DNA from: Malacoraja senta
Lineage: Eukaryota
Direction: 5' to 3'
NCBI GenBank assembly: GCA_038087875.1
Contig: CM075995.1
Coordinates: forward strand, 1,118,001-1,182,000
DNA length: 64,000 nt
The position numbers were made by a program, and so were the translations under genes. The number at the start of each line of letters is the position of its first letter. Positions within the stretch are counted from its first letter, which is position 1. Shown here piece after piece: positions 27,511 through 41,033 of this stretch. A model generated the notes under the pieces. The model saw nothing but the letters and a program-made list of their open reading frames with translations. It ran no database searches and had not been told where the DNA came from.

Positions 27511-27765
27511 ATAGCAAGATACCATGCTGTAGATCGTACTAAATAAAACCTACCGAAGGAATCAGTCCCAACACATCCAATCATTAATGAAGATAATTAA
27601 ATACAATTATTTCTTTTGCCCAGATAGCAAGATACCATGCTGTAGATCGTACTAAATAAAACCTACCGAAGGAATCAGTCCCAACACATCCAATCATTAA
27701 TGAAGATAATTAAATACAATTATTTCTTTTGACCATCAATACTAATAAGATTAGTATTGATGGTC
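27511..27765. repeat. Perfect 108-bp tandem duplication followed by a perfect 16-bp hairpin
   Basis: 27511-27618 equals 27624-27731 (spacer cccag); gaccatcaatactaat-aag-attagtattgatggtc at 27731-27765. Confidence 0.92.
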
Positions 27766-28599
27766 TCTAATTGCCCTTGACGTGATGCTGGTGAGCCATT
27801 GCTTTGAACTGTGGCAGTTGCACATCACAGTACTATTAGGAAGGGAGTATCAGTATTTAAATCCAGTAGCAATGAAGGTACAACAATTATATTTCAACAT
27901 CAGATTAGTGCGCAACTTGGACGATGCCATTCCTTCATATCTGCTTTCCTGGTCTTTCTTGATGGCAAAAGTGGTGAGGTTTATCGAAAAAGCTTTTATG
28001 GTAATTACAGTGCACTTTATAATCCAGGTGAACCAGATGTGGAAGGAGTGAATGTTAAAAGTAGAAGTTTGGATGCAGTTCCATTAGCCCACTTCCTTCT
28101 AGATGCTGTCAAGTTGCTCCAGGATTATTGTGGCCATACTCATCAAGCAAGTTGAGAAATATTTCATCAGAATCCTGATGTGTTATCTACACGATGGAAA
28201 GACTTGCAGGAATCAAAGTGAGTCAAGACAATCTGCTTTCTGTTGTTCCTCCATTTTTATGATCACATTTCAGAGCATTCCCATCGGTTTATTTAGCAGA
28301 GTTCCAGTTTGTTACTGATACATATACCACATAGCATAAATACCGGGAAATATTTATTATTATTCCTGTCATTCCGATCAATTAACATTTTTGGGCAAGA
28401 GAAATTTTTTTGTTAATTGAGTTTTCTGGAATATTTTACTTTTTTTATCTATTTCCCGAAAAGGAATTCATCCACTCATTTTAATTATACTATTGTTTCA
28501 AGAAATTCTCTTGGATACACCTCACAAATGATGCCCCATCAAAGCTTTTGGCACTGAGCAAGTCCCGATCAATATTGGCTAAGTTAAAGTCACTCACTA

Positions 28600-29060
28600 A
28601 GACAACTTTATTGTTTTGACATCTGTTGATAATCTGTCTACATATCTGTTCCATCTCCTGCTTGCTATTGGAGGTTCTACATTATAACCCCCTTAGAAAA
28701 TTTGCGCCTTTCTTTCTAAGCTCTACCCATATCACCTCAACGGATGAACCCTCTAGTATGTCCTCTCTGAGTGTCACCGTGACAGTCTCCCTGATTCATA
28801 GTGCAACTCCTCCACCTCTTTTGCCACCATCTCAATCACGTCTGAAACAATGAAACCCCAAAACATTGACCTGCCGGTCATGTCACTCACAACCACGTCC
28901 CTGCAACATCATAGTCCCAAGCACCGATCAAGACTCTCTTAAGTTCATCTGCGTTCTCCACAATATTCCTTGCATTGAAAAAAACAAATTTCAGTCCATC
29001 AACGTCACCATATTCCTTCACCACTCCCTGCCTGTGCTTCCTTTTGAGACTTACTGGTCC
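28600..29060 (-). mobile_element. Old CR1 endonuclease-region fragment
   Basis: Minus strand retains GGGVAL-like and VIWVEL-like APE motifs; degenerate. Confidence 0.55.
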
Positions 29061-29297
29061 TAACATCTACCCTCTGACTAAATAAATTCCTCCAATGTCA
29101 GCACATTCTTCCTAAGATATGGGGCCCAAAATTGCTCATAATACTCCAAATGTGTGTGTGTGTGGGGGGGGGGGGGGGGATCAGACCAGTACTTTATAAA
29201 GCTTCAACGTTACATCCCTGTTTTTATATTCTAGTCCTCTTGAAATAAATGCATTGCATTTGCCTTCTTTACTACTGATTCAACTTTTTAGGAATCT

Positions 29298-29958
29298 TAG
29301 AAACATAGAAAATAGGTGCAGGAGGAGGCCATTTGGCCCTTCGAGCCAGCACCACCATTCATTGTGATCATGGCTGATCATCTCCAATCAATAACCCGTG
29401 CCTGCCTTCTCCCCATATCCCTTGATTCCCCATATCCCTTGATTCCACTAGCCCCTAGAGCTCTATCTAACTCTCTTAAATCCAATGACTTGGCCTCCAC
29501 TGCCCTCTGTGGCAGGGAATTCCACAAATTCGCAACTCTCTGGGTGAAAAAGTTTTTTCTCACCTCAGTCTTAAATGGCGTCCCCTTTATTCTAAGACTG
29601 TGACCCCTGGTTCTGGACTCGCCCAACATTGGGAACATTTTTTCTCCATCGAGCTTGTCCAGTCCTTTTATAATTTTATATGTCTCTATAAGAAAACCCC
29701 TTATCCTTCTAAAATCCAGTGAATACAAGCCTAGTCTTTTCAATCTTTCCTCATATGACAGTCCCGCCATCCCAGGGATCAATCTCGTGAACCTACGCTG
29801 CACTGCCTCAATCACAAGGATGTCCTTCCTCAAATTAGGAGACAAAAACTGGACACAATACTCCAGATGTGGTCTCACCAGAGCCCTATAAAACTGCAGA
29901 AGAACCTCTTTACTCCTATACTGAAATCCTCTTGTTATGAAGGCCAACATTCCATTAG
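29298..29958 (-). mobile_element. Young CR1 3' fragment nested in the older CR1
   Basis: ORF 29378-29950 is nearly identical to the CR1 at 3170-3720; tail at 29298. Confidence 0.88.
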
Positions 29959-30344
29959 CTTACACCAGCACTCCCAAGTCCCTTTACACCTGTGATTTCC
30001 GAATTCTATCCCCATTTAGAAAAGTCTTTGCCTTTATTCCCACTACCAAATTGCATGACTCTACACTTAGCCACGCTGAATTCCATCTGCCACATCTTTG
30101 CCCATTCTCACAACCTGTCCAAGTCCTTCCATAGAGTCCATTCTCTACAATACGTGCCCCTTCACCTATCTACATATCACCCGCAAACTTGGCCACAAAG
30201 CCTTCAATTCTTTCATCCAAATCATTGACATACATTGTGAAGAGTAGAGGCCCCAGTACTGAACCCTGTGGAACGCCGCTAGTCACTGACAGCGAACCAG
30301 AAAAAGACCCCTTAATTACCACTCTTTGCCTTCTGCCATTCAGC

Positions 30345-33300
30345 CAATGCAAGGAGGACAGAAGCAAAAGGTAGAAGGGAGATAAGAAAAACTAACCTGA
30401 AAGCTTTGTGCCTTATTGCGAGGAGCATTGGAAATAAGGTGGATGAATTGAATGCAGTTAGTAGTTAAGGGATATGATATAGTTGGATTTACGGAGACAT
30501 GTCTCCAGGGTGACCAAGGCTGGGAGCTAAACATGCAGGGGTATTCGATATTCAGGTAGGATAGACAGAAAGGAAGAGGAGGTGGGTTGGCATTGCTGGT
30601 TAAAGAGGAGATTATTGCAATAGCAAGGAGAGACATTAGCTAGGATGCTGTAGAATCGGTATGGGTAGAACTGCGAAATAGCCAAGGGCAGAAAACGCTT
30701 GGAGTTGTGTACAGACCACCAAACAGCAGTAGGGAGGTTGGGGATTGCATCAAGCAGGAAATTAGATTGGGCCAACCAAATTGGTAACAGTGCTGAGGAG
30801 GAGGATTTCTTGGAATGTATACGGGATGTGTTTTTGAACCAATGTGTAGAGGAACCGACCAGAGGGCAGGCCATCCTAGACTGGTTATTGTGTAATGAAG
30901 AAGGATTAGTTAGCGATCTTGTGCAAGGCACCTTGAGCAACAGTGACCATAATATGGAGGTATTCTGCATTAGGATGGAGAGTGACACGGTTAATTCAGA
31001 GACTAGGGTCCTGAACTTGAATAAAGGAGACTTTGAAGGTATGAGATGGGAATTGGCTAGGATAGACTGGCAAATTATACTTAAAGGGTTAACAGTGGAG
31101 ATGCAATGGGGAAGATTTAAAGACCACATGTATGAACTCCAGAAATTGTTCATCCCTGTCTGGCGAAAAAATAAAACTGGGAAGGCGACTCAACTGTGTG
31201 ACGAGGGAAGTCAAGGATAGTGTTAAAGCCAAGAAAGAGGCATATACATTGGCCAGAAGAAGCAGCAAACCAGAGGACTGGGAGAAATTTACAGTCAGAG
31301 ACAGGTGAATTTATAATGGGAAACAAGGAAATGGTAGAACAGTTAAACGAGTTCTGCCTTCACTAAGGAAGACACAAACAATCTCCCGGAAATACTAGGG
31401 GACCGAGGATCTAGTGGGAGGGTGGAATTGAAGGGAATCCACATTAGAAAATGGTGTTAGGTAAACTGTTGGGACTGAAGGCAGATAAATCCCCATGGCC
31501 TGATGGTCTGCATCCCAGAGTACTCAAAGAGATAGCCCTAGAAATCGTGGATGCATTGATGATCATTTTTCAATGTTCTCTCGACTCTGGATCAGTTCCT
31601 GTGGACTGGAAGGTAGCCAATGAAACTCCAATTTTTAAGAAAGAGGGAGAGAGAAAACGGAATTATAGACCAGTTAGCCTTACATCTGGAGTCAATTATT
31701 AAAGATGTTATCGCACGCATTTGGAAAGCAGTGACGGGATCGGTCAAAGACAGCACGGAATTATGAAGAGGAAATCATTCTTGACTAGTCTTTCGGAAGT
31801 TTTTGACGATGTAACAAGTAGAATGGATAAGGGAGAGCCAGTGGATGTGGTGTATCTGGGCTCAAAAAGCTTTTGACAAAGCCTCGCACAAGAGATTAGT
31901 GTGCACAATTTTTTTCTTAGGCCCCCTTCGGTCATGGCTGGCCATGGGTGTCTCGAGGGTGCTATTCCCTATATGGAGGATGCCTGTGCATGACTTTGTT
32001 TAACGTGGGAAGACTGGTGCACAGACAGCCACCCCACGGTCCTTGACAGAACAGAGACCCTTTTCTGCTGCAGCCTTCATCCGCCTTCCCAGCCGTTGTG
32101 ACGCACCAGGGTCAGCCATCGTCCTCCTCGACCTTACTGCCTTAGGTGGCCCTACTAGGAACATAGCTCCAGACGGCATCGCTCTCAAGATCCTAGGTCC
32201 ACACAAGCTTCTCCACCACGACAAGGTGACAATCCATGGAGAAGAAATTAGAGCATATGGAATTGGGGGTAGGGTAGTGACATGGATAGAGAATTGGTTG
32301 GCAGACAGGAAGTAAAGAGGTGGAATTAACGGGTCCTTTTCGGAATTGCAGGCAGGGACTAGTGGGGTGCCGCAAGGCCCGGCGCTGGGACTCCAGTTGT
32401 TTACAATATATGTTAACGATTTAGACGAGGTAATTAAATGTAACATCTCTAAGTTTGTTTATAGACACAAAGCTGGGTGGCAGTGTGAGCTGCGAGGAGG
32501 ATGCTATAAAGCTGCAGGGTGACTTGGATAAGTTGGGTGAGTGGGAGAAGCATGGCAGATGTAGTCTAATGTGGATAAATGTGAGGTTATGCACTTAGGC
32601 AACAACAGGAAAGCAGATTATTATCTGAATGGTGTCAGATTAGGAGAAGGGGAGGTGCAATGAGACCTGGGTGTGCTTGTACATCAGTCACTGAAAGTAA
32701 GCATTCAGGTACAGCAGGCAGTGAAGAAAGCCAGTTGGCCTTCATTGCGAGAGGATTTGAGTTTAGGAGCAAGGAGGTCCGACTGCAGTTGTACAGGGCC
32801 CTGGTGAGACCGCACCTGAATATTGTGTGTAATTTTGGTCTCCTAATTTGAGGAAGGACATTATTGCTATTGAGGGAGTGTAGCATAGGTTCACCAGGTT
32901 AATTCCCGGGATGGCGGGACTGACGTATGATGAAAGAATGGGTCGACTGGGATTGTATCCGCTGGAATTTAGAAGGATGAGGGGATCTTATAGAAACATA
33001 TAAAATTTTTAGGGGATTGGACAGGGTAGATGCAGGAAAAACATTCCCGATGATGGGGGAGTCCAGAACTAGGGGTCACAGTTTAAGAATAAGGGGTAGG
33101 CCATTTAGGACTGAGATGAGGAAAAACTTTTTCCCCCAGAGTTGTGAATCTGTGGAATTCTCTGCCACAGAAGACAGTGAAGGCCAATTCACTGGATGTT
33201 TTCAAGAGAGTTAGATTTAGCTCTTTGGACTAAGGGAATCAGGGGATATGGGAAAACAGCCAGGACGGGGTACTAATTTTGGATGATCAGGCATGATCAT

Positions 33301-33365
33301 ATTGAATGGCTGTGCTGCCTTGAGGGGCCGAATGGCCTACTCCTGCACCTATTTTCTATGTTTCT
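30345..33365 (+). mobile_element. CR1 LINE ORF2 (endonuclease, RT, 3' UTR), degenerate
   Basis: GVVYRPP, ILDWLLCN, SDHN, KSPWPDG, RPVSLTS and a 3' tail ttttctatgtttc at ~33353-33365. Confidence 0.88.
31908..32243 (-). mobile_element. Short RTE/Expander-type non-autonomous retroposon inserted in CR1
   Basis: Interrupts CR1 at gtgcac/aattagagca; minus strand starts tggattgtcaccttgtcgtggtggagaagcttgtgtgg (Expander/Rex3 5'-UTR-like, from memory) and ends in an A-rich tail. Confidence 0.55.
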
Positions 33366-33596
33366 CATGGGGTCTCATTTTCTTTAGCAGCCTCGTGTAC
33401 AGCAAAGGCCTTCTGAAAATCCAGGTAAACAATATCCACTGTCTATCCTGCTATTTCCTCAAAGAATTCCAACAGGTTTGTCAGGCAATATCTTCCTTCC
33501 TCAAAGAAATGCTGACTTCAGCCTATTTTATCATGTGCTTCTAAGTACTCAGAAACCACATCCTTTATAATGGACTCTAAAATTTTCCAACCAACA

Positions 33597-33912
33597 AGTA
33601 TAGAAGTTGGGAGGTCATGTTGCATAAAACATTGATGAGGCAGCATTTAGAATATTAATAATAATAAGAATTAATAGGAACCTGAGGGGTAATTTTTTCA
33701 CACAGAGGGTGGTGGGTGTATGGAACGAGCTGCAAGAGGAGGTAGTTGGGGCAGGAAATGTCCAAGGAACATTTGGACAGGTACATGGATAGAATAGGTT
33801 TTGAGGGATTTGGGCCAAACGCAGGCAGGTGGGACTAGTGTTGTTGGGACATGTTGGTCAGTGTGGGCAAGTTGGGCTGAAGGGCCTGTTTCCACATTGT
33901 GTGACTCTATGA
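33597..33912 (+). mobile_element. HER1/CR1 3' fragment
   Basis: ttttcacacagagggtggtgggtgtatggaacgagctg...gggctgaagggcctgtttcc...gactctatgac tail. Confidence 0.75.
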
Positions 33913-35964
33913 CACTAGTCAGGCTAAACAGCCTATAGTTTCCACTCTACTGCTCCGCTCCCTTCTTGAACAGCGGTGTAATATTTGCAATCTTCCAATC
34001 ATCTGGAACCAGCCCTGACTCCAATGATTCTTGAAAGATCACTACTGCTTGAGTAGTGCTTGGAGTGATTGGTTGCTTCAGGCATTTTTTATTTTCAAGA
34101 CAATAAGATATACATTCACACGTGAAGCAAGATATAAACTGCAACAAATCCAGCTGGATCTGAACCATGATACTACATGAATAGAAAAATAACTTGCACC
34201 TACACTTCCAGAGTTTTGCACCCACTCAGCAGCATGCCTGAAACGTGCACACAATGCTCATTACTGCAGAATGCATTTTGCTGGAATGTAAATAACAGCG
34301 GAACACGGTGCACAGCTAAATAGAAAGGATTAACTTTGTTCTTGAAATTAACAAAATAAATAAGTCATACAAACTATTTTATGGGAAGGGAGGTGAAGTT
34401 TATTTTCCTATCCAGAAAGGGTGAATCTCATAATTTGAAATTCATTGTAAAATTGAAAAATGGGGAAAATATATTTTAAAATTGGTCAGGAAGTGGTATT
34501 TTAAAAGCACATGGAAATATATATTTCTACATATCTATTGAAATGCTTATTCTCTAAATGGTTGGGGTGACATTTAGAAAGTTGTCAATATTTTGAAATT
34601 GCTATCAGAACCACTGCCCTGCTAAGTGCGTATATATTAACAGCTTGATTTAGATGAGGAATTTCTTCTCAGTGTTTCTTCTCAGAAATATCTTACGGTA
34701 GATTCTTTTGATGGTGGAGAGGTCACTATCCAGGACGGCATGAGTTCTTCAAGGGGGCAGCTTGTCACCACTTTGTCCTACCATACAAAATGGGAATTAC
34801 CTGTTGCCCTTGCCATTGATGCCCTCATTCCTTTCATGAACACTCATAGTCAACCTTTGGCATTGAAGGATGTTCAGCATATTGAGAAAATTCTCTTTTT
34901 GTATTATATTGCAGTTGGTGCTGCGGGAATGTGTAACTGTGTGTGAAAGGATATAATCTGTTTATTATTTTGACCAAAACAAGATGTTTGACAGGGCTAT
35001 CTCTGCCGACTTGAATAGTATCTTTGCCCCCAAAACTTTTTGCAACTTCTGCATCTGTCCCAAAAAGAAAGAATCTCTCCCTATGCATTTATTCATGAAT
35101 TGCCTATAAACACATTTTTGTTTGTCAAATGCCAATGATACAAGTCTCATTTTTAATGGGAATTGATCCAACGACCAACAAGCAGCTTTGTCACCTCTGT
35201 TCGTGCCTGTTTATTAAAAAATTGTGGTCACAGTCATAGTATGCAGAATATCTTACCTGTTATAGTAAAATAGAGGGTCTTTCTGCTCAAAGATGTGAGC
35301 TTCACTGAATTCAAAATGGATTCAAATGGTCACCAACTAGTAACATGTGAAGGTAGGAGATCTGAATTAAAGCAGACCTCCCAAAGTTTTGATCTAACTG
35401 TGTTAGCCAGAATTTTGGAATAGCTCTGAACAATAAATCAAACTTTGTTAAATGCAGGAGTCATAATATTTAATTCCCTGGGCATCTTACCATGGTTCAC
35501 ACTTCTGCATCTTTTTAAATATAATCATTCTCCACCACTTGTTCACAATAAAAATGTTGTTTGCATTTTTATGTCTTTGCTTCTCTCAGTCATTAGACTA
35601 AGAACTTTCCCATTCTCAGTGATTTCAATTTCCATCTCTGCGTACATTGGTTGGTATGGCTTTGTACAGTTTTATGGATTTGAATGTGCTGAAAATCACT
35701 TCCCTTCGCAGCTTGCTTTATAGAATCTATCAAATTAACCTTTTACCCTTCATTCATCACCACATTACAGCAAATATCTATTTCCTCAATGGAAAGTTTA
35801 GTAAGACCATGACACATCAACTTGTATTGAATCCATTATTCTCTAATGCTGCTTCCCTCCCGTGTGTCCATTATCTCTGTTCCATTAGATCTAAGGGATG
35901 CAGATCTGAACGGCTATGCAGGCAACAGGTTTAGCCATTTACGCTCAGTTTTCACTCCTGTAAT

Positions 35965-36345
35965 AGAACATACAACATTATGGTATAGGAACAGGCCATT
36001 CAGCCCACTGTGTCTGCACTGACCATGATAAATAGGTCAAACAAAAGCCGTTCTGCCTGTATATGGTTTGTAACCCACTATTTCTTGCCTGTTCATGTTT
36101 CTATTTAAATGTCTCTTAATCATTGGATTGCTTCTGCCTCTACCACCTCCCCTGGCAGTGTGTTTCAGGCACCTACCACTCTCTCTGTAAAAAACAAAAA
36201 CAGGCCTGACCAACCTTTAAACGTTCCCCCTCTCGCCTATAGCCTCTAGTATTTGACATTTTCACCCTGGGAAAACTGTTCTGGCTGTCTTCCCTATGTA
36301 TGTCCCTCTTAATTTCATATGCTTCTATCAGGTTGCCTCCTGAGC
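35965..36345 (-). mobile_element. Old CR1/HER1 3' fragment
   Basis: Minus ORF remnant GNLIEAYEI...SNTRGY; ggaacaggccattcagccc tail on + strand. Confidence 0.65.
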
Positions 36346-36799
36346 CTGTGGGGCAACGGCAGTGAAGGCAAGTACCAAGAAAGGACACATGACCATTGTA
36401 GTGAGTCTGGGTGAGAACATGGTCGAAGAGCAGGGGAGAGGATGTCACAAAACTCTCGTCAAAGAAAGAAAGAGAATTTCTTCAAAGCGGGCATGTCGTG
36501 AAGAGAGACCTCACAGTTGGATGGTAAAATGGAGACATGAAACAGCAGCTTCTGGAGTTTAGAACAAAATACAGTAACTAGTGGTGGAACTCAGTAGATG
36601 AGGGAGGATCTGTGGAGAAAATGGACAGATGATATTTTCAGCCATGATGCTTCATCTGTTTTGAGCTACAGGAAACTATGGTATTGATGTGCTCAAAACT
36701 CTGGTGCCCTACCTACCAACTGTTGGCTGCAAGGTTCATTTTATAACTTGAATAAGCAATATCAGATTACACTGAATGAAATCTATAATTCAAATATTT

Positions 36800-36970
36800 T
36801 AGAAACAAAGAACTACAGATGCTGCTTAATACACAAAAGGAGACAAGTACTGGAGTAGCTCAGCTGGTCAGGCAACATCTTTGCAGAACATACGTAGGTG
36901 ATGTTTTGGGTCAAGACCCTTCTTCAGACCGACATTTAGGGTCAAGATTCGCTTTCAGACGTCTGAGGAC
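36800..36970 (-). mobile_element. Penelope pLTR-derived fragment
   Basis: aagaactacagatgctg...ggagtagctcagc...gtcaagacccttcttcagac; partner arm at ~37306-37335. Confidence 0.65.
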
Positions 36971-36971
36971 T

Positions 36972-37305
36972 TAATAATAATGGATTGGATTTATATAGCG
37001 CCTTTCTAATACCCAAGGCGCTTTACATCGCATTATTCATTCACTCCTCAGTCACACTCGGTGGTGGTGAGCTACTTCTGTAGCCACAGCTGCCCTGGGG
37101 CAGACTGACGGAAGCGTGGCTGCTAATCTGCGCCTACGGCCCCTCCGACCACCAGCAATCACTCACACACATTCACACGCAGGCAAAGGTGGGTGAAGTG
37201 TCTTGCCCAAGGACACAACGACAGTATGCACTCCAAGCGGGATTCGAACCGGCTACCTTCCGGTTGCCAGCCGAACACTTAGCCCATTGCGCCATCTGTC
37301 GTCCC
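36972..37305 (-). mobile_element. tRNA-derived CORE-type SINE with L2-like tail
   Basis: Minus strand has A box tggcgcaatgg, B box ggttcgaatcc, CORE-like ccttgggcaagacacttcacc and tail aggcgctatataaatccaatccattattatt. Confidence 0.8.
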
Positions 37306-37394
37306 AATCCATGTTCTCCAGAGATGCTGCCCGACTTTCAAATAGTTTAGTCTATTATTTTATGGCATTGCTATTGCAGGAGATTGTGTGAAGA

Positions 37395-40300
37395 GTGGAA
37401 ACCCTAATATCCACTCTAGCTGCGATGCGCCGGCACCAGCTGGACCTCGCTTTGACTCTCCAGAAACTTCGGGCCTCACTCACTCAGACCTGCAACGGTC
37501 CCCAACTCTACTTCATCCTCCGGAAGATCCACGCCTTCAATCAACGATTCCTGGCCCATCTTAACTCCACCAAGGACCTGAAACTAGCCCGCCTCCAGGC
37601 TGCTCCTGCAACCAACACTCCGCGACTCGACTGCCTGCAGGCCCCAGGCCCCAACGCTGGCCCGCGCCGCCTGCCCAATTCCCGCGACGCCATCTTGGCC
37701 ACGAGGAGCAGCACCAGTACTCACCAGGACGCTGCCTTCGCCAACCTCCACGTTGATGCTGCCGCCGACCTTCACCTGCCTACCGATGACGCCGAGCCTC
37801 GCTGCCTCACCGGTAACTCTGACTATCTCCCCCTCCCCGACTCCTCCGAATATCGCCACCATAACGTGACCGCCGAACCTCGCCGCCGCACCGGGGCCTA
37901 CTCACCCCGCCGCCTCACTGGGCCCATCGAATATCGCCACTGCACCGGGCCCACCGAACATGGGCGCCGCACCGGGCCCATCGAACATCGCCGCCGCACC
38001 GGGCCCACCGAATATGGCCGCCGCACCAGGCCCGCCAAACCTCACCGCCGCACTGGGCCCACCGAACATGGCCGCCCCACCGGGCGCACCGAACATGGCC
38101 GCCGCACTGGACCCACTGAACATCGCCGCCGCACCGGGACCCACCGAACCTCCCTGCCGCTCCGGGGCCTACTCACCTCGGCGCCTCATCGGGCCCGCCA
38201 AACCTCGTCGCCCCACTGACCATCCGCCCACCGGGACCCCCGACGCTTCGCCTGCTGACTCGGACTCCACGAACCGCAGACTTCCACCATCGATTCCACT
38301 GTCCCTTGCCACTCCACCGCTCTCCAGCAGCCCGCAGCCGTCGCCTTACCTGCAGCCTGGACTCAGCACTGGGCCTGAAGCTTCCACACTGCAAACTCCC
38401 ACTCCCCTGTGTTTGACTGCGCTGGGTCCTAGTGCCAGTCCCCCCCAACCCTGGTAACCTCAGTGGTTGTTCCACTGGGTCTTCCCCATCCCCCTCTAAC
38501 CATGTGACCCCAGCTCTTCCCCACCCACACTACAGTCCTCATACCCCTCTCCTCCCTGACCACCCACCAACCCCCCACCACACATCGCCTCGGCCTCAGT
38601 CCACTCACCTGCCTTCCTCCGGCCCCAACCCCCATCCCTGCCATGTGTTTACCATCCCCCCTGACCTCCTCCTCTCAGATACTGAATGGTCTGTCTTCAG
38701 CAGAGGCCTCACCTTTGTCCCCCTCCGTCCCCACCTCAGTGAGTTACGCGCCCACCACGATTTGGAGCTCTTCTACCGTCGCCTCCGCCTCACAGCGTTC
38801 TTCCATGGTAAAGAGTCCTCGTCCCCTATTGATGATCCCTTTTCCCGTCTCCAACGGACCCTCTCCTCTTGGACCCCCCCTCATGGCCATCTTCCGGCTT
38901 TAGACCTTTTTATTTTAAACTGCCGGCGGGACATCAACCGCCTCAACTTCTCCACTCCCCTGTCGCACTCTAACCTCTCACCTCCTGAACGTACAGCCCT
39001 CCACTCACTCCGCAACAACCCAGACTGGGTTATCAAACCCGCCGACAAGGGAGGTGTCGTGGTAGTTTGGCGCGTTGATCTCTACAAGGCTGAGACCACG
39101 CGCCAACTCTCAGACACCTCCTCCTACTTATCCCTGGACCATGACCCCACAGACGAGCACCAGGCCACTATCTTGAGCACCATCACTGACTTCATCCACT
39201 CCGGCTCCCTGCCCCCCCAACCCTCCAACCTCATCGTTCCCCAGCCCCGCACGGCCCGATTTTACCTTCTCCCCAAAATCCACAAACCTGGCTGTCCTGT
39301 CTCTGCCTGTTCGTGCCCTACCGAACTTATTTCCACATACCTCGACTCCATCCTATCCCCCCTGGTTAAATTCCTCCCCACCTATGTTCAAGACACCTCA
39401 GACACTCTCCGTCGTCTCCGGGAATTCCGTTCTCTAGGTCCCCATCCCCTCATCTTCACCATGGACGTCCAGTCACTCTACACCTCCATCCCCCACCAGG
39501 AGGGTCTCAAAGCCCTCTGTTTCTTCCTCGACCGGAGAACCAACCAATCCCCGTCTACAGATACTCTCCTCCGCCTAGCGGAGCTGGTCCTTATCCTGAA
39601 TACTATTCGTTTGACTCCTCCCATTTCCTCCAAATACAAGGCATAGCCATGGGCACGTGCATGGGCCCTAGCTATGCCTTCCTCTTTGTAGGGTACGTGG
39701 AACAATCCTTGTTTGAGACGTACCAGGGCTCCATCCCCGACCTCTACCTCTGCAACATCGACGACTGCATTGGTGCTACCTCCTGCACCCACACACAACT
39801 CACTGACTTCATCCATATCAGCACCAACTTCCATCCGGCAGTCAAGTACACCTGGACCATTTCTGGCACCTCCCCACCGTTTCTTGACCTCACTATCTCC
39901 ATCTCAGGTGATAGACTTCTGACCGACATCCACTATAAACTTATTGTCTCCCATGGCTATCTAGACTACACTTTGTCCCACCCTGCTTCCTGTAAGGACT
40001 CCATCCCCAACTCCCAAATCCTCCGTCTACGCCGCATCTGTTCCCAAGATGAGGTGTTCTACACCAGGGCATCGGAAATGTCCTCATTCTTCAGGGAACG
40101 GGGGTTCCCCTCCCCCACTATAAACGAGTCTCTCACCAGGGTTTCTACAATACCCCGTAACACTGCTCTCTCTCCCCATCCACCACTCGTAACAAGTGCA
40201 GAGTCCCCCTAGTCCTCACCTTCCACCCTTCTAGTCGTCACATACAACAAATAGTCCTCGTCATTGTCGCCAACTCCAACGTGACCCCACCACTCGCCAC

Positions 40301-41033
40301 ATCTTCCCATATCCCCCCTTGTCTGCTTTCCGCAAAGACCGCTCCCTCCGTAACTCCCTGGTCAATTCTTCCCTTCCGTAGCACCCCCTCCCCGGGCACT
40401 TTCCCTTGCAACCGCAAGAAATGCTACATTTGTCGCTTTACCTCCCCCCTCGACTCCATTCAAGGACCCAAGCAGTTGTTCCAGGTGCGACAGAGGTTCA
40501 CCTGCACCTCCTCCAACCTCATCTATTGCATCCGCTGCGCTAGATGTCAGCTGATCTACATAAGTGAGACCAAGTGTAGGCTTGGCGATCATTTCGCCGA
40601 ACACCTCCTCTCGGTCCGCAATAACCTACCTGATCTCCTGGTGGCTCAGCACTTCAACTCCCCCTCCCATTCCGAATCCGACCTTTCTGTCCTGGGCCTC
40701 CTCCATGGCCAAAGTGAGCACCACCGGAAATTGGAGGAGTAGCACCTCATATTTCGCTTGGGCAGTTTTATACCCCAGTGGCATGAACATTGACTTCTCC
40801 AATTTCCGGTAGCCCTTATTGTCTCCTCCCCTTCTCAGCTCTCCCTCAGCCCTCTGGCTCCTCCTCTTCCTTTCTTCTTCTTCCCCCCCCCCCCACCCTA
40901 CATTAGTCTGAAGAAGGGTTTCGGCCCAAAACGTTGCCTATTTTCTTCGCTCCGTAGATGCTGCCGCACCCGCTGAGTTTCTCCAGCACTTTTGTCTACC
41001 TTCGATTTTCCAGCATCTGCAGTTCCTTCTTAA
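37395..41033 (+). mobile_element. Near full-length Penelope-like retroelement (Neptune-like): RT plus GIY-YIG endonuclease plus pLTR
   Basis: IKPADKGG, FYLLPKIHK, FTMDVQSLYTSIP, AMGTCMGPSYA, NIDD, Cys linker CNRKKCYIC and NLIYCIRCARCQLIYISET...EH; frameshifted; pLTR with hammerhead motif at 40905-40938. Confidence 0.92.
37870..38215 (+). repeat. 27-bp tandem repeat within the Penelope N-terminal coding region
   Basis: Units caccgggcccaccgaacatggccgccg encoding TGPTEHGRR-like 9-mers. Confidence 0.85.

Larger units (their letters stand above)
29070..34050 (-). mobile_element. Older CR1 LINE (minus) hosting younger nested insertions
   Basis: RT pieces GVPQGSVLGP...KFAGD (30170-30367) and ESGLVPDDWKIANITPLFKKG (33947-34050) are colinear across the inserted elements. 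Confidence 0.75.

Noticed and set aside
37235..37305. tRNA gene
   Set aside because: It is the head of a SINE, continuing into CORE and LINE-tail sequence; likewise 58094-58111 is an 18-nt PBS only.
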